The notes: generated by a model not told the origin, from the sequence alone. DNA of 64,000 nt from Candidatus Melainabacteria bacterium 17Bon1m (GCA_032128875.1 JAVLKG010000004.1:128001-192000), one strand, 5' to 3'; counted from the stretch's first letter, positions 40,019 to 50,132 are shown. Translations and numbers: made by a program.

Positions 40019-40354
40019 ATGAAGAAGATTATGACACTCGGACTCGTCGCAGGTGCATTGGCACTCACGACCGCTGCCTTCGCGCCTACAGAAGCTCAAG
40101 CTAATGATCGCGAGAAAGCCTTGAATCAATTGGCAATGCAAATGTACATGAATAATATGGCGGCGCAAGGACAGTATTACAACAACCCATATTACGGTAA
40201 CCCGTATTACAACAACGGCTACGGATATGGACGCTATATAAACGGCAATGGCTATTGGAGAAATAACCATTACTTCAACAACAACTGGAACAACGGCTAC
40301 TACAACGGTAGAAGTCTAAATACAGTCGGAAGAATTCTCAACCGAATCTTCTAA
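40019..40354 (+). CDS. Small secreted Asn/Tyr/Gly-rich protein
   Basis: AAGGAGG upstream, signal peptide ending AQA, low-complexity N/Y/G tract, downstream terminator. Confidence 0.8.
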   Translation: MKKIMTLGLVAGALALTTAAFAPTEAQANDREKALNQLAMQMYMNNMAAQGQYYNNPYYGNPYYNNGYGYGRYINGNGYWRNNHYFNNNWNNGYYNGRSLNTVGRILNRIF

Positions 40355-40370
40355 ACGCGTTGTAAAACCG

Positions 40371-40398
40371 GGCGGCAAGGCACCTGCTTGCCGCCTTT
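40371..40398 (+). terminator. Intrinsic terminator
   Basis: GGCGGCAAG / CTTGCCGCC stem followed by TTT. Confidence 0.65.
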
Positions 40399-40428
40399 AC
40401 TAGTCAGACAAACAGTTTTTCGGCACGG

Positions 40429-40454
40429 AAGCAGCACCATCCCCGGTGCTGCTT
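40429..40454. terminator. Hairpin downstream of the convergent kdsD gene
   Basis: AAGCAGCACC / GGTGCTGCTT 10-bp perfect stem. Confidence 0.55.
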
Positions 40455-40470
40455 TCGAATTTTCTGACCG

Positions 40471-41520
40471 TTAAATTACGCCGGCTCGCAGCAAGTCTTT
40501 TAAGTGAATAAGACCTTCTGGCCTTGAGTGTTCATCGAGAATAATCAAGTCGGAAATCGCATGCTTTTCCATCAACTTTAGTGCTTCAACTGCAAGAGCA
40601 TCAGAGCTGATTGTTTTCGGATTTGCAGTGGAAATCTCTGTTGCTAGTTTCTCAAATGCATCGTGTCCGAATTTGACGAGCGATCTTCTCAAGTCACCGT
40701 CGGTGATTATGCCTTTTAGGCGCTGCTGTTCGTCCACGACAACGGCAAAGCCGAGGCGCTTTGAATCAATTTCTGCAAGCACTTCATTGTAATTTGCAGT
40801 CTGCGAAACTTGAGGCATTTGTAATCCGACGCGCATTACGTCGCGCACAGAAACAAGTTGTTGACCAAGCGAACCGCCCGGATGGCGGCGAGCGAAATCC
40901 TCAGCGCGGAATCCTTTTCTCGTCATGAGCACAATCGCCATAGCGTCTGCCATCGCCAATGTTGCTGTTGTAGATGTTGTCGGTGCCAGATTGAATGGGC
41001 AAGCTTCTCTGTCGATGCCGACGTCGATAACTACTTCACTGTGCTTTGCCAGAGTCGATTGTGTCCCGCCAGTCAACGAAATTACCTTGAGTCCCATTCG
41101 TTTGATAGGGTCGAGAACTTGTTTGATTTCGGATGTCTCTCCGGAATACGAGAGCGCAATCACAAGATCTCTTTCTTCCAGCATTCCGAAATCGCCATGG
41201 CGCAGTTCTGCCGGATGAACAAAGAATGCTGGTGTACCGGTCGAGGCGAGGGTAGCTGCAATCTTGTTGCCGATGTGCCCCGACTTGCCGATGCCCGTAA
41301 CAACTACTTTGCCCTGGCAGCCCAAAAGCAGCTCGATTGCGTGCTCGAATGAATCACCTAAGCGGTCGGCTATGGCTCGCAGCGCGTCGGCTTCCATGTT
41401 GAGCACACGTTTTGCTTGCTCCACCAGCGGCTCTCTCGATGAAGCGGGTGGGCAGTCTGCTAAATAGGTTTCCGGAGCAAAAGTGCTCTGGCTGAGATTT
41501 GCGTCTTGTGGGTTTGCCAT
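40471..41520 (-). CDS. kdsD: Arabinose-5-phosphate isomerase KpsF/GutQ (SIS + CBS pair)
   Basis: GIGKSGHI, HPAE..HGD.G, SYSGET, APTTST, HPGG.LG, CBS pair. Confidence 0.93.
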   Translation of the reverse strand: MANPQDANLSQSTFAPETYLADCPPASSREPLVEQAKRVLNMEADALRAIADRLGDSFEHAIELLLGCQGKVVVTGIGKSGHIGNKIAATLASTGTPAFFVHPAELRHGDFGMLEERDLVIALSYSGETSEIKQVLDPIKRMGLKVISLTGGTQSTLAKHSEVVIDVGIDREACPFNLAPTTSTTATLAMADAMAIVLMTRKGFRAEDFARRHPGGSLGQQLVSVRDVMRVGLQMPQVSQTANYNEVLAEIDSKRLGFAVVVDEQQRLKGIITDGDLRRSLVKFGHDAFEKLATEISTANPKTISSDALAVEALKLMEKHAISDLIILDEHSRPEGLIHLKDLLRAGVI

Positions 41521-41826
41521 TCGTATAAAAATCCAGCTGGGCTGACAAGGAATTGAGGAATGCCAGATATACCGGCATCATAACTATCGAAGAGATTCTA
41601 CCTGGTGTTGCCAGTGGCTACTTTGGAAGGAATTCAAGCTGTCGCCAAAAACATATTGTCAAGAAGTCTTGAGCTCCAACTGGTGGGTGTTTTGCAGATC
41701 TTACTTTTCATTTTTATGTAACATCTGAGTCTAAGTTAAATCTCAGTTTTATATGTACAAGCAACGTTTCTGCTGAGAATTTGGGCAATTTCTATTTAGT
41801 GGGCTCTGGAAACCGTCTCTAAGAAT

Positions 41827-44211
41827 ATGCCGGCAATCTTCTCTCGGGGAGAGAAACTAGAAAACGGACACTATACCGTCGTCAAGGAAATTGGCGTGGG
41901 TGGGATGGGTGTTGTGTATCATTGCCGCGATGAGCTGCTCACGCGCGATGTCGCTATTAAGATGCTCTTGCCGGAGTTGATGTCTGACAAGAAGAATCTT
42001 GAGGTCTTTCGTCAGGAAGCCAGACTGGCCGCTCAGCTCGAGCATCCCAACTTGGTGACAGTCTACGACATCGGAGTTGAAGAACGGCACGGAAAGCAAC
42101 ATCACTTCCTGGCAATGGAGTATCTAACAGGCGGCAACCTGGCAATTCGTTTGCAGGATTCAGCGCTCTCTCTCGAGCACGCGCTCAATTGGATGAAACA
42201 GCTCGCCTCTGGCATTTCCTTTGCCCACAAGCGCGGAGTTATCCACCAGGACATCAAAGCGGACAACATCTTCATCACCAATGAAGGCGATCTGAAGATC
42301 GGAGACTTCGGGCTAGCTCGTTTGCTTGCCGGCAGGGTCGGCGCCGGCAATACCAAAATTATGGGCACGCCTGCCTACATGTCACCGGAACTCGCTCGCG
42401 GCGAGCCACAGGATCACCGCTCCGACATTTATTCGTTGGGCGTTCTGTTTTTCGAAATGGCTACCGGCAGTTTGCCCTTCAGAGCCAAAGGCATGATCGA
42501 AATGGCAATGAAGCATGCCACCGCTGCCATTCCTTCTATACGCCGACAAAATCCGGAAGCGCCCGAGATACTCGATAAAGTAATTCGTCGAATGATGGCG
42601 AAGATGGCGGAAGACCGTTATCAGAGCGCAGCAGATATTTTAGACATTATTGATGAGCTGATTTTCGAATTACGCGTTCAACGGCTCGGTATCAGTTCTA
42701 ATCGTCCGTTACTTAAATCCGGCGATGTATTGCAGGATGCTCTCGACCAAAGAGATGCCCGCAGTTCTGGAGCTAACCGAGCAGTTCAGGCTCCTGATGT
42801 TTTGCCGAGCATGCAGAACAAACAAATTCCTAAAGTCGACAAAGCAAAATCACCGCTCCACCTGGAGTCGACACTCGAATTAGACAGAGAAAAAGAACTA
42901 CTCGAAGCTCAGGAGCGCGAAGACAGAGCCAGTGCAGCAAAGTGGCAGATGGCTGCAGACGCTGCCGCAAAGACCCCAGAGTCGAGAGTTGCTGATAAAT
43001 CGGGCAATGCAGATGATGCTAAGAAAGGTGAATTTAAGGCTCAAGAAAAGGCTCCCACTACAAACATTCAAGTTCCACCTAAGCATGCCGAACCCGTTGC
43101 AATGCCGTCGGCAAGCGAGAGTCAGCAAGCGCCGTCTCCCAAGCCTCCTTTTTCTCCAGCAAAGGCTACTTCTGGACACTCTAATCAGTCACTTCAAAAA
43201 CTTAGGGTTTCGCTGGCTACTGAATGGGTGTTTAAGACAAAAGGACCAATCGGTTGGTTAGCGCACCCACTGATTGATCGCAGCGAAAAGATTATCTTCC
43301 TTGCATCCTGTGATGGCAATCTTTATGCACTCGATTTGCGAGGAGGCAACAAGCTCTGGAATCATCAAATGAAAGAGCCTATATTGTCGGCACCAGTCAC
43401 CATCGGTAATTATGTCTTTGTAAGTGCGGCGTCGGGAGAGACATTTTGTCTTGATTCTTATACGGGCAAAGTTATCTGGAATAAGAATCTAAATGCCAAG
43501 ACAGTAGCCTCCTTGGCCGTCGTTAAAGAATCAGCATTGCTCGTTGCTAGCGGAAATGAGTTGCGCGCGCTTGACGTTCGCTCTGGAGAGGTTCTTTGGT
43601 TTTACTCCGCAGCAGCTCCTATCGTCGCTACCCCATTGGTGCAGGGGGATACTGTGCTGGTCGGCACCAAAGATGGTGACTTACATGCGGTCACTGCTTC
43701 GAAAGGCAATTTTATCTGGAAGTTCCGAGGTGAAGGTGCCATCATCTCTTCGCCATTCGCGTCTGTCGATACTGCTTATGTCGGCACCAAGACCGGTAAT
43801 TTCTATGCTTTGGAGAGCAGCCATGGTGCGATGGTTTGGGAGTATCCTGCTAACGGACGCATCGTAAGCAAAGGAACAATCGTTTTCACATCGGTCGTAT
43901 TTGCCAGCCAAGACAGGTGGTTGTATTGCTGCGAAAAATATGACGGCAGACTCAAATGGAAAGCGGCATTAAAAGGCAGAGTATCTGCAGATCTCTGTAC
44001 GTATAAAGGGAAGATCATTTGCGCAACTGAAGATGGTTGGTTGCAAACCTTTTCTGCATCTACCGGTCAATTGAAATGGCAGACGGATATTAGCCGAAAA
44101 ATTCAATCACCACCGCTGGTGGCTAATAATACGCTATACGTAGGTACAGTCGAAGGCGAATTGCACGCCTATTCTCTTTCATCCACCGATAATTCGGAGC
44201 GGACTGCATAA
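41827..44211 (+). CDS. Hanks-type Ser/Thr kinase with C-terminal PQQ-like beta-propeller
   Basis: GVGGMG, VAIK, HQDIK..N, DFG, GTPAYMSPE; repeated G...W propeller blades. Confidence 0.93.
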   Translation: MPAIFSRGEKLENGHYTVVKEIGVGGMGVVYHCRDELLTRDVAIKMLLPELMSDKKNLEVFRQEARLAAQLEHPNLVTVYDIGVEERHGKQHHFLAMEYLTGGNLAIRLQDSALSLEHALNWMKQLASGISFAHKRGVIHQDIKADNIFITNEGDLKIGDFGLARLLAGRVGAGNTKIMGTPAYMSPELARGEPQDHRSDIYSLGVLFFEMATGSLPFRAKGMIEMAMKHATAAIPSIRRQNPEAPEILDKVIRRMMAKMAEDRYQSAADILDIIDELIFELRVQRLGISSNRPLLKSGDVLQDALDQRDARSSGANRAVQAPDVLPSMQNKQIPKVDKAKSPLHLESTLELDREKELLEAQEREDRASAAKWQMAADAAAKTPESRVADKSGNADDAKKGEFKAQEKAPTTNIQVPPKHAEPVAMPSASESQQAPSPKPPFSPAKATSGHSNQSLQKLRVSLATEWVFKTKGPIGWLAHPLIDRSEKIIFLASCDGNLYALDLRGGNKLWNHQMKEPILSAPVTIGNYVFVSAASGETFCLDSYTGKVIWNKNLNAKTVASLAVVKESALLVASGNELRALDVRSGEVLWFYSAAAPIVATPLVQGDTVLVGTKDGDLHAVTASKGNFIWKFRGEGAIISSPFASVDTAYVGTKTGNFYALESSHGAMVWEYPANGRIVSKGTIVFTSVVFASQDRWLYCCEKYDGRLKWKAALKGRVSADLCTYKGKIICATEDGWLQTFSASTGQLKWQTDISRKIQSPPLVANNTLYVGTVEGELHAYSLSSTDNSERTA

Positions 44212-44214
44212 CGT

Positions 44215-45117
44215 CTAGTGCGTAGTTTGAAAGATTCTATCTAGCAGAATTGCAAAGAACGCAAGAATACTCACCACGCCGTTTACGTTGAAAAATGCTG
44301 CATTCACTTTGCTCAAATCATTTGCTTTGACCAGGCTGTGTTCGTAAAAGAGCATCACTCCTATCATTAAGAGTCCAGCCCAGTAGGCGATTCCAGCATT
44401 TATCTGCAATCCCAAGAGCGACATTGCCGTTACCGTCACTACATGCAGTGCAGTCGAAATATTCAGCGCCGAGGCAATTCCAAAACGTGACGGAATGCTA
44501 TGCAGCTTTTCTTTCTTGTCGATATCGAAATCCTGGCATGCATAAATGATGTCAAAACCGGCTACCCAGGTGCTTACGGCAAGCGCAAGAAGCCATGGCG
44601 CGGCACTGTCCAACATCCCTCCTGCTGCTACCCAACCTCCCAGGGCTGCACCACCAAGTGCGATGCCCAGCACGATGTGGCAAAGCCAGGTAATTCGTTT
44701 TGTATAGGAATAAAAACTCAGCCAGAAAAGAGCGATAGGAGAAAGATAGAGGCAAAGCGGCGGCAAATGTGAAGCTGCGAACAACATAATCAGGAATGAG
44801 AGCACAGCAAAGATCGCCGCGTGCATACCTTTTATTCGTCCGGCTGGTATGGCGCGGCTGCTGGTGCGCGGGTTACGTGCGTCAATTTTTGAATCTATTA
44901 ATCGATTCAGAGTCATCGCACCTGCGCGGGCGCCAGTAAATGCGAGAACTGTCCAAAAGACCACATCCCAGCCGGGCAGTTTTTGCGATGCCAAAACAAG
45001 ACCAGAGAGCGCAAAAGGTAGCGCGAACACTGTGTGCTCGAGCTTGATCATTTCCGTCCACTCTTTTGTGGTCGTCGTTAGATCTAGAGTTTTAGCGGTT
45101 TTGTTACTTACGGTCAC
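44215..45117 (-). CDS. mqnP: UbiA-like polyprenyltransferase, futalosine menaquinone pathway type
   Basis: IKLEHTVFALPFA, NRLID..ID..NPRT..R.IP.G, GFDIIYACQD, AFFNVNG; start uncertain (GTG 45117 used, ORF open to 45201). Confidence 0.82.
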   Translation of the reverse strand: MTVSNKTAKTLDLTTTTKEWTEMIKLEHTVFALPFALSGLVLASQKLPGWDVVFWTVLAFTGARAGAMTLNRLIDSKIDARNPRTSSRAIPAGRIKGMHAAIFAVLSFLIMLFAASHLPPLCLYLSPIALFWLSFYSYTKRITWLCHIVLGIALGGAALGGWVAAGGMLDSAAPWLLALAVSTWVAGFDIIYACQDFDIDKKEKLHSIPSRFGIASALNISTALHVVTVTAMSLLGLQINAGIAYWAGLLMIGVMLFYEHSLVKANDLSKVNAAFFNVNGVVSILAFFAILLDRIFQTTH

Positions 45118-45442
45118 GGTGTAGCAAATGTTTTGGTCGCGCCTTATTTTACGCCAGCAGTTTACGACATCAACGGCTGTGCACGTTCTCTTGATTGTCA
45201 TGGGGCGCAGGGGTGGCGCTTTTGCCGCTCCAATCAGTTAAAAACCCTGTAATAGACAGCGTCTTTTGAATTGTCAGTATGTGTCGTGGCTTACAAATCG
45301 GCTTTGTGAGCCGATTATCAAGCGGGTTCTACTTGAATATTTGACATGTAGCTGAGATGATGATTTAACGGCGAAAAGCACAGTATTTCTGTTGTATGCC
45401 GCTTACATAACCCATCAATAAGCAATCGCTTTATTCGAGAGG

Positions 45443-45994
45443 ATGTCATTGAGTATGAGCTCCGATGTTCCGTCACCAGCCCCAGCAAAGAATGCTCAGG
45501 GCACAACAATTGATCTTCAAGGCGTTGCGGCATTTGCCCGCCTCGTAGAGTTGCTTGCTCAAGAATTGGGCACCAATCCCGGTAAGATGCAGGGCAACCT
45601 TCCCACAGGACCAGCCGCGTTCAATCAATTGATTGGCGAATTCGAGCTTAATAACTCAGGATTCAATCGCAAACTGACTATATTGTCTCAGCCCGGCTCG
45701 CCCCTCACTCTTCGTTTCCAAAGCTCCCATAGCGAAAATCGTGGAGAAAAGGGCACCACTCCATTGCAGATTGTTTCTGACTTTTACATTGCTGCCGCTG
45801 TTGAAGATGTAGTACCGCAAGGTCGCGCTTTGGCTCGATACTGCGAAGACATTTTCACCATTCTCGACAGAATGGTTACGCTCGGACATTCCAATAAGCT
45901 GCAAGGAATGAACGTTTCTGCTGCTGAAATTGAAGCGTTCGAATATGGTGAGGCCGGCAATTTGGTCCGCCAATCAACCCGCGCTTCACTCTAA
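45443..45994 (+). CDS. Hypothetical protein upstream of the ACP gene
   Basis: 183-aa ORF co-oriented with the ACP-MBOAT cluster; no motif recognised. Confidence 0.65.
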   Translation: MSLSMSSDVPSPAPAKNAQGTTIDLQGVAAFARLVELLAQELGTNPGKMQGNLPTGPAAFNQLIGEFELNNSGFNRKLTILSQPGSPLTLRFQSSHSENRGEKGTTPLQIVSDFYIAAAVEDVVPQGRALARYCEDIFTILDRMVTLGHSNKLQGMNVSAAEIEAFEYGEAGNLVRQSTRASL

Positions 45995-46055
45995 ATTAAG
46001 TCCACCGTTTTTGTGTCGATATCAAATGGGAGTTTTGCTCCCTAAGTAAGGAACT

Positions 46056-46337
46056 ATGCAAACAGATAACAGCACTGTCACGGCTTCGATTGAGTCAACC
46101 GAACCGCGCGTCAAACAGTTCATCACTAAAAAATTCAAGATTGAATTTTCTGATCAGGTAAATGATGACACCGACTTCTTTGCAGAGGGGCTCATCGATT
46201 CCTACGGTTTTCTTGAACTTGTTAAATGGCTCGAAGGCGAATTCAAGATACGTTTTGAAGATGAAGAGTTGTTCGCCGGCAATTTGAATACGGCGAAAAA
46301 CATCACTCAAACGATCGTGAAAAAGATCAATTCTTAG
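46056..46337 (+). CDS. Acyl carrier protein (DltC-like)
   Basis: GLIDSYGFLELV phosphopantetheine site; LEGEFKIRF. Confidence 0.9.
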   Translation: MQTDNSTVTASIESTEPRVKQFITKKFKIEFSDQVNDDTDFFAEGLIDSYGFLELVKWLEGEFKIRFEDEELFAGNLNTAKNITQTIVKKINS

Positions 46338-46383
46338 ACCCTTTGACCGATAGCGCACGGCGCATACCTTGGAGATTTTGCAT

Positions 46384-47319
46384 ATGGAGAGTGGGGCTGG
46401 TAAGCTGGCGCTCCTGTTTCCCGGTCAGGGTGCGCACGCACCGAAGATGCTGGACGGTTATTTTTCGGATAAATCCTTCGATGATTACTATGGGGTAATC
46501 GTCGATGAGTTAGGTTACGCGCCCCTTGAGGCGGTGGATAAGAATCCGGAAGTGTTCAACAGTCATTTGCTCAGTTCGTTGTTCACGATTCTGGCAAGCA
46601 AATTGTCGCTCGAACGATTTTTGAAAGCTGGACTCGGAAAGCCTGAGTATTTCGCTGGTTACAGCGTCGGTCAGTTCATGGCGCTGCATGCTGCTTCCTG
46701 TTTCGATTTTCCTTTTCTGGTTAAGTTGACTAATGCTCGTTCAACTTTTCTGGACGAATGCGCTCAATCAACGCCTGGTGCGATGCTTGCCATTGTTGGA
46801 CCGGCCTTGCCTGATATAGAGCCTGTAATTACGTCGTTGCAACAGGCTGGAGAAGAGATTTTCATCAGCAATATCAATTGTCTCGGGCAATATTCTCTTG
46901 CCGGCAGCAAGCAGGCAGTGAAAATTGCGATGGAGAAGCTGGCGGAGTTTTCCCCCAAGCGCTTGCAAGAATTACCTGTTGCCGGGGCGTGGCATTGCCC
47001 TCTCGTCGCTGCGGCGGGGCAAAAGTTTTCCGCTTATTTGGAAAATTGCGATTGGAAAGCGCCTCAGGTTCCTGTTATTAACAACGTCACAGGAGAGCTT
47101 TTGCCAACCGAAATTACAGCGCAAAAGAAGGAATTGGTCAGTCATGTTACTTCTGCTGTTCAATGGAGCGCGGGTGTAAAGACCCTGGTGAATCTCGGCT
47201 GTGATCGTTTTGTAGAAGTTGGATATGGAAATGTTCTAACCAAATTCGGTTTTTTCATTGATCGACAGGCCGAATTCTCAGCCTATTGCGGCGATGAACT
47301 GGCCAAAGCTAAGTCCTAA
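46384..47319 (+). CDS. ACP S-malonyltransferase-like (FabD/AT) protein
   Basis: LFPGQG, GYSVG nucleophile elbow, conserved Arg (NARS), AGAWH, VEVGYG. Confidence 0.88.
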   Translation: MESGAGKLALLFPGQGAHAPKMLDGYFSDKSFDDYYGVIVDELGYAPLEAVDKNPEVFNSHLLSSLFTILASKLSLERFLKAGLGKPEYFAGYSVGQFMALHAASCFDFPFLVKLTNARSTFLDECAQSTPGAMLAIVGPALPDIEPVITSLQQAGEEIFISNINCLGQYSLAGSKQAVKIAMEKLAEFSPKRLQELPVAGAWHCPLVAAAGQKFSAYLENCDWKAPQVPVINNVTGELLPTEITAQKKELVSHVTSAVQWSAGVKTLVNLGCDRFVEVGYGNVLTKFGFFIDRQAEFSAYCGDELAKAKS

Positions 47320-47422
47320 GTTTTCGCTCATCTTGAATTCGCAAAGAACAGGCACATTGGGCGTTCTCGAGTGCTTTACATGTTAAAATTGGGGGCTTCT
47401 GCGAGTAACAAAACTCCGCCCT

Positions 47423-48880
47423 ATGCTGTTTTCCAGCCTCGAATATTTGTTTTTCCTGCCAACGGTAGTCTTGGCGTTTTGGCTTAGCCCTAAGCCATTT
47501 CGCCTGCCGCTTTTGCTTTTGGCCAGCTACATCTTCTACATGAGCTGGAATCCAATCATGGTGCTGCTTGTAATTGCCATGACTGTTTTCAATTTCTACT
47601 GGGGCAAACTCATCCACACTGGCGGTGAAAAGCCTAGGAAGAAAAAACTGCTGATTATCGGCTTGGCGGCCAACCTCTTATGCCTGGCTTACTTCAAATA
47701 TGCCAATTTCTTCATTGATTCTGCATTGAGTGCATACAACCTTGTCGGTCACCAGAATGCGCATTTTGCGCTCAACATCATTCTGCCGTTGGGAATTTCG
47801 TTCTTCGTCTTTGAGTTTGTTCACTACTTGGTCGACATCTATCGAGGCAACAAACCACTTGATTCGTTCACGCTTTTCGCTTTGTTTGCCGCCTTCTTTC
47901 CGACGCAAATTGCCGGACCCATCAAGCGCTATCAAGATTTTTCCAAACAAATTCAAGAAGAGAAAAAATTCCAGCTTTCCTATCTTGATGAAGGCGTGCC
48001 GCTGATCATCCTGGGCTTGGCGAAGAAAGTGCTGATTGCCAACAATCTGGCGACTGTTGTCGACATGATGGCAAATACCATCAGCTCCTATTCCGCTCCG
48101 GAGCTGTGGGTTTTCGCATACGCATTTGCGTTTCAAGTGTATTTTGATTTTTCCGGCTATACAGACATTGCAAGAGGCTCTGCAATGCTCTTCGGTTATC
48201 GAATTCCGCTCAACTTCAATTTACCTTTCATAGCAAGCAGCATGTCTGATCTATGGCGCCGTTGGCATATGAGTTTGACCACCTGGCTTCGTGATTATTT
48301 GTTGATACCGATCTCCGGGTTTCGCGGCTCACATACGCGTTTTGCAATTGCAACCCTGATCACAATGACGATATGCGGTTTGTGGCATGGAGCATCGTGG
48401 AATTTCGTCTTGTGGGGCTTCTATTTCGGTGTCTGTCTGGTCATCAACAATTACTTCAAGCGCTGGCGAGACAACACAGAGTTTCTCAAATCGTTTTTTG
48501 AGAGTAAGTATTTCAATTGGCTGTCGATATTTTTGACGTTTCAGACATTTTGCTTGGGCGCTGTCATATTCAGAATTCACGACCTTAAGACAGACTTTGC
48601 CCTAATGAAGAAAATGCTGACGCTCACGCCGTTTCATGGAACCAATATTGGTGGGCAGTACATATTAGCCAGACCCGAATTGCCTGTCTTTGTGCCAGTT
48701 GTGTTGTGCATAGTCGCTGCACTGCTTTTAGCCAACATTCCCGTAAGCAAATTGCAAGAGTCCGGTTTATTAAAGCGCGTGCCTGTTCCCATCAGGGCAT
48801 CATATATGGTGCTGCTGGTTTTTATCATGCTCATTTTTGTTCCACGTAGTTCTAGCCCCTTCATTTACTTCCAGTTTTAG
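47423..48880 (+). CDS. MBOAT O-acyltransferase, AlgI/PatA/DltB family
   Basis: LPLGISFF, AGPI.R, DFSGYTD.A.G, WRRWHMSL..W.RDY, GLWHGA, C-terminal FIYFQF. Confidence 0.95.
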   Translation: MLFSSLEYLFFLPTVVLAFWLSPKPFRLPLLLLASYIFYMSWNPIMVLLVIAMTVFNFYWGKLIHTGGEKPRKKKLLIIGLAANLLCLAYFKYANFFIDSALSAYNLVGHQNAHFALNIILPLGISFFVFEFVHYLVDIYRGNKPLDSFTLFALFAAFFPTQIAGPIKRYQDFSKQIQEEKKFQLSYLDEGVPLIILGLAKKVLIANNLATVVDMMANTISSYSAPELWVFAYAFAFQVYFDFSGYTDIARGSAMLFGYRIPLNFNLPFIASSMSDLWRRWHMSLTTWLRDYLLIPISGFRGSHTRFAIATLITMTICGLWHGASWNFVLWGFYFGVCLVINNYFKRWRDNTEFLKSFFESKYFNWLSIFLTFQTFCLGAVIFRIHDLKTDFALMKKMLTLTPFHGTNIGGQYILARPELPVFVPVVLCIVAALLLANIPVSKLQESGLLKRVPVPIRASYMVLLVFIMLIFVPRSSSPFIYFQF

Positions 48881-48882
48881 AT

Positions 48883-50106
48883 ATGACTGTCGCAACTCCA
48901 CCAAAATCTACTGATGAAAAGGTTGCCGACATCAAGTCGGGCAAGGCGAAGAATGCTTTGCTTTCGAGCATGTTCATCTGGATAGTGGTGCTCTTTATTG
49001 CAACTGGTGAGGTTATTCGCCCTTTTTACAAACTCGTAGACACTGGGTTTGCAGAAAAGCTGAGAACCTTCTATCAGTCTGACAGGCATCCTGACGCTCT
49101 TCTGCTGGGTTCATCAGTGGCGTTTCCTTCTTCATTTGACTGTGATGCTTCAATCGGTGTTCTTACCGATAAAGATCTGAAGAGCAATTATCATGGCGCG
49201 GTGCAGCTTCAGAAATCAATTGAAGCAAGCACTGGCAAGAAATTCACTCTGGAGAACCTTGCTTGCTTCGGGGCGATGGCAAACCAAGCATGGCTGGAAG
49301 CAGAAAAGCTAGTCGAGTTTCAAAAATCTCCGAAGGTGATCATCTATGAGATGGTATCTCGTGACCTATTCGATGCCAGCATGCCTCGAAGCTTTGAATC
49401 TGAATACTATCGTGTCCTTTCTTTCCTGCATCCGAAGAGTTCCAGCAATAGTAATCCGTTTCAATCGATTGGCGATTCGATAGGGAATAGCCATGTCGTA
49501 ACTCTGATCAGGAATTTGATTTCTGATCCTGAAACGTTGAAGAATTCTGATCGGCTGCGCTTTGAGTTCGATTCTGCTCTTGGTGCAATGGTTTGTGTTT
49601 ATCAACATCGTTTTGAAATTTTAGGTCAACTCTCTAACTCAGTTTCAGATCTCTTTTCTCGTCAATCTGCTATGGAAGGAGCTCTCTCTAAAGTCGAAAT
49701 TGAGAACAAAAGAAAAAATCCATTTGCGAAAGTCTCCGCACAACGTGTAGAAACCTATGTTGTCGATTCATCACCTCAATTAGGACGTTTTGAAGATGAG
49801 AAGGTTTATTTCTTGAAGTTCGTGCAACTTTGCAAGCAGAACAAGATTCAGCTAATCGTCGTAAACATGCCTGTCACTGAGGAATACGACAAGCTTGTGC
49901 CGACTGAAATTAAGGCGCGTTGGCCCAAAGAAGCCAGGCAGTCCGTGGAAAGCGCGGGCTTTGCGTTCATCGACTTTGACGACAAGAAAGTCTTCCCAAA
50001 GAGTTGCTTCGTCGACATGGCACACCTGAACCTAACTGGTGCTTTAAAAGTGAACGAACTACTTTCCAAAGAAATTGCCAAACGCAATCTTTTAAAAGAC
50101 ATGTAA
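48883..50106 (+). CDS. Membrane-anchored SGNH-like acyltransferase (DltD/AlgJ/DUF1574-like)
   Basis: N-terminal TM, LLLGSS, C-terminal DMAHLN (DxxH). Confidence 0.78.
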   Translation: MTVATPPKSTDEKVADIKSGKAKNALLSSMFIWIVVLFIATGEVIRPFYKLVDTGFAEKLRTFYQSDRHPDALLLGSSVAFPSSFDCDASIGVLTDKDLKSNYHGAVQLQKSIEASTGKKFTLENLACFGAMANQAWLEAEKLVEFQKSPKVIIYEMVSRDLFDASMPRSFESEYYRVLSFLHPKSSSNSNPFQSIGDSIGNSHVVTLIRNLISDPETLKNSDRLRFEFDSALGAMVCVYQHRFEILGQLSNSVSDLFSRQSAMEGALSKVEIENKRKNPFAKVSAQRVETYVVDSSPQLGRFEDEKVYFLKFVQLCKQNKIQLIVVNMPVTEEYDKLVPTEIKARWPKEARQSVESAGFAFIDFDDKKVFPKSCFVDMAHLNLTGALKVNELLSKEIAKRNLLKDM

Positions 50107-50132
50107 GAGCGCTGTGTGTAAAGCGCCGGCTC

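Noticed and set aside
40427-40456. SRP RNA (GGAAGCAGC)
   Set aside because: The motif is one arm of a short perfect hairpin between convergent genes; the CAGG..GNRA domain IV context is missing.
46056-50106. dlt operon or PKS/FAS cluster
   Set aside because: No DltA adenylation enzyme and no ketosynthase in the cassette; the host appears diderm (kdsD present).
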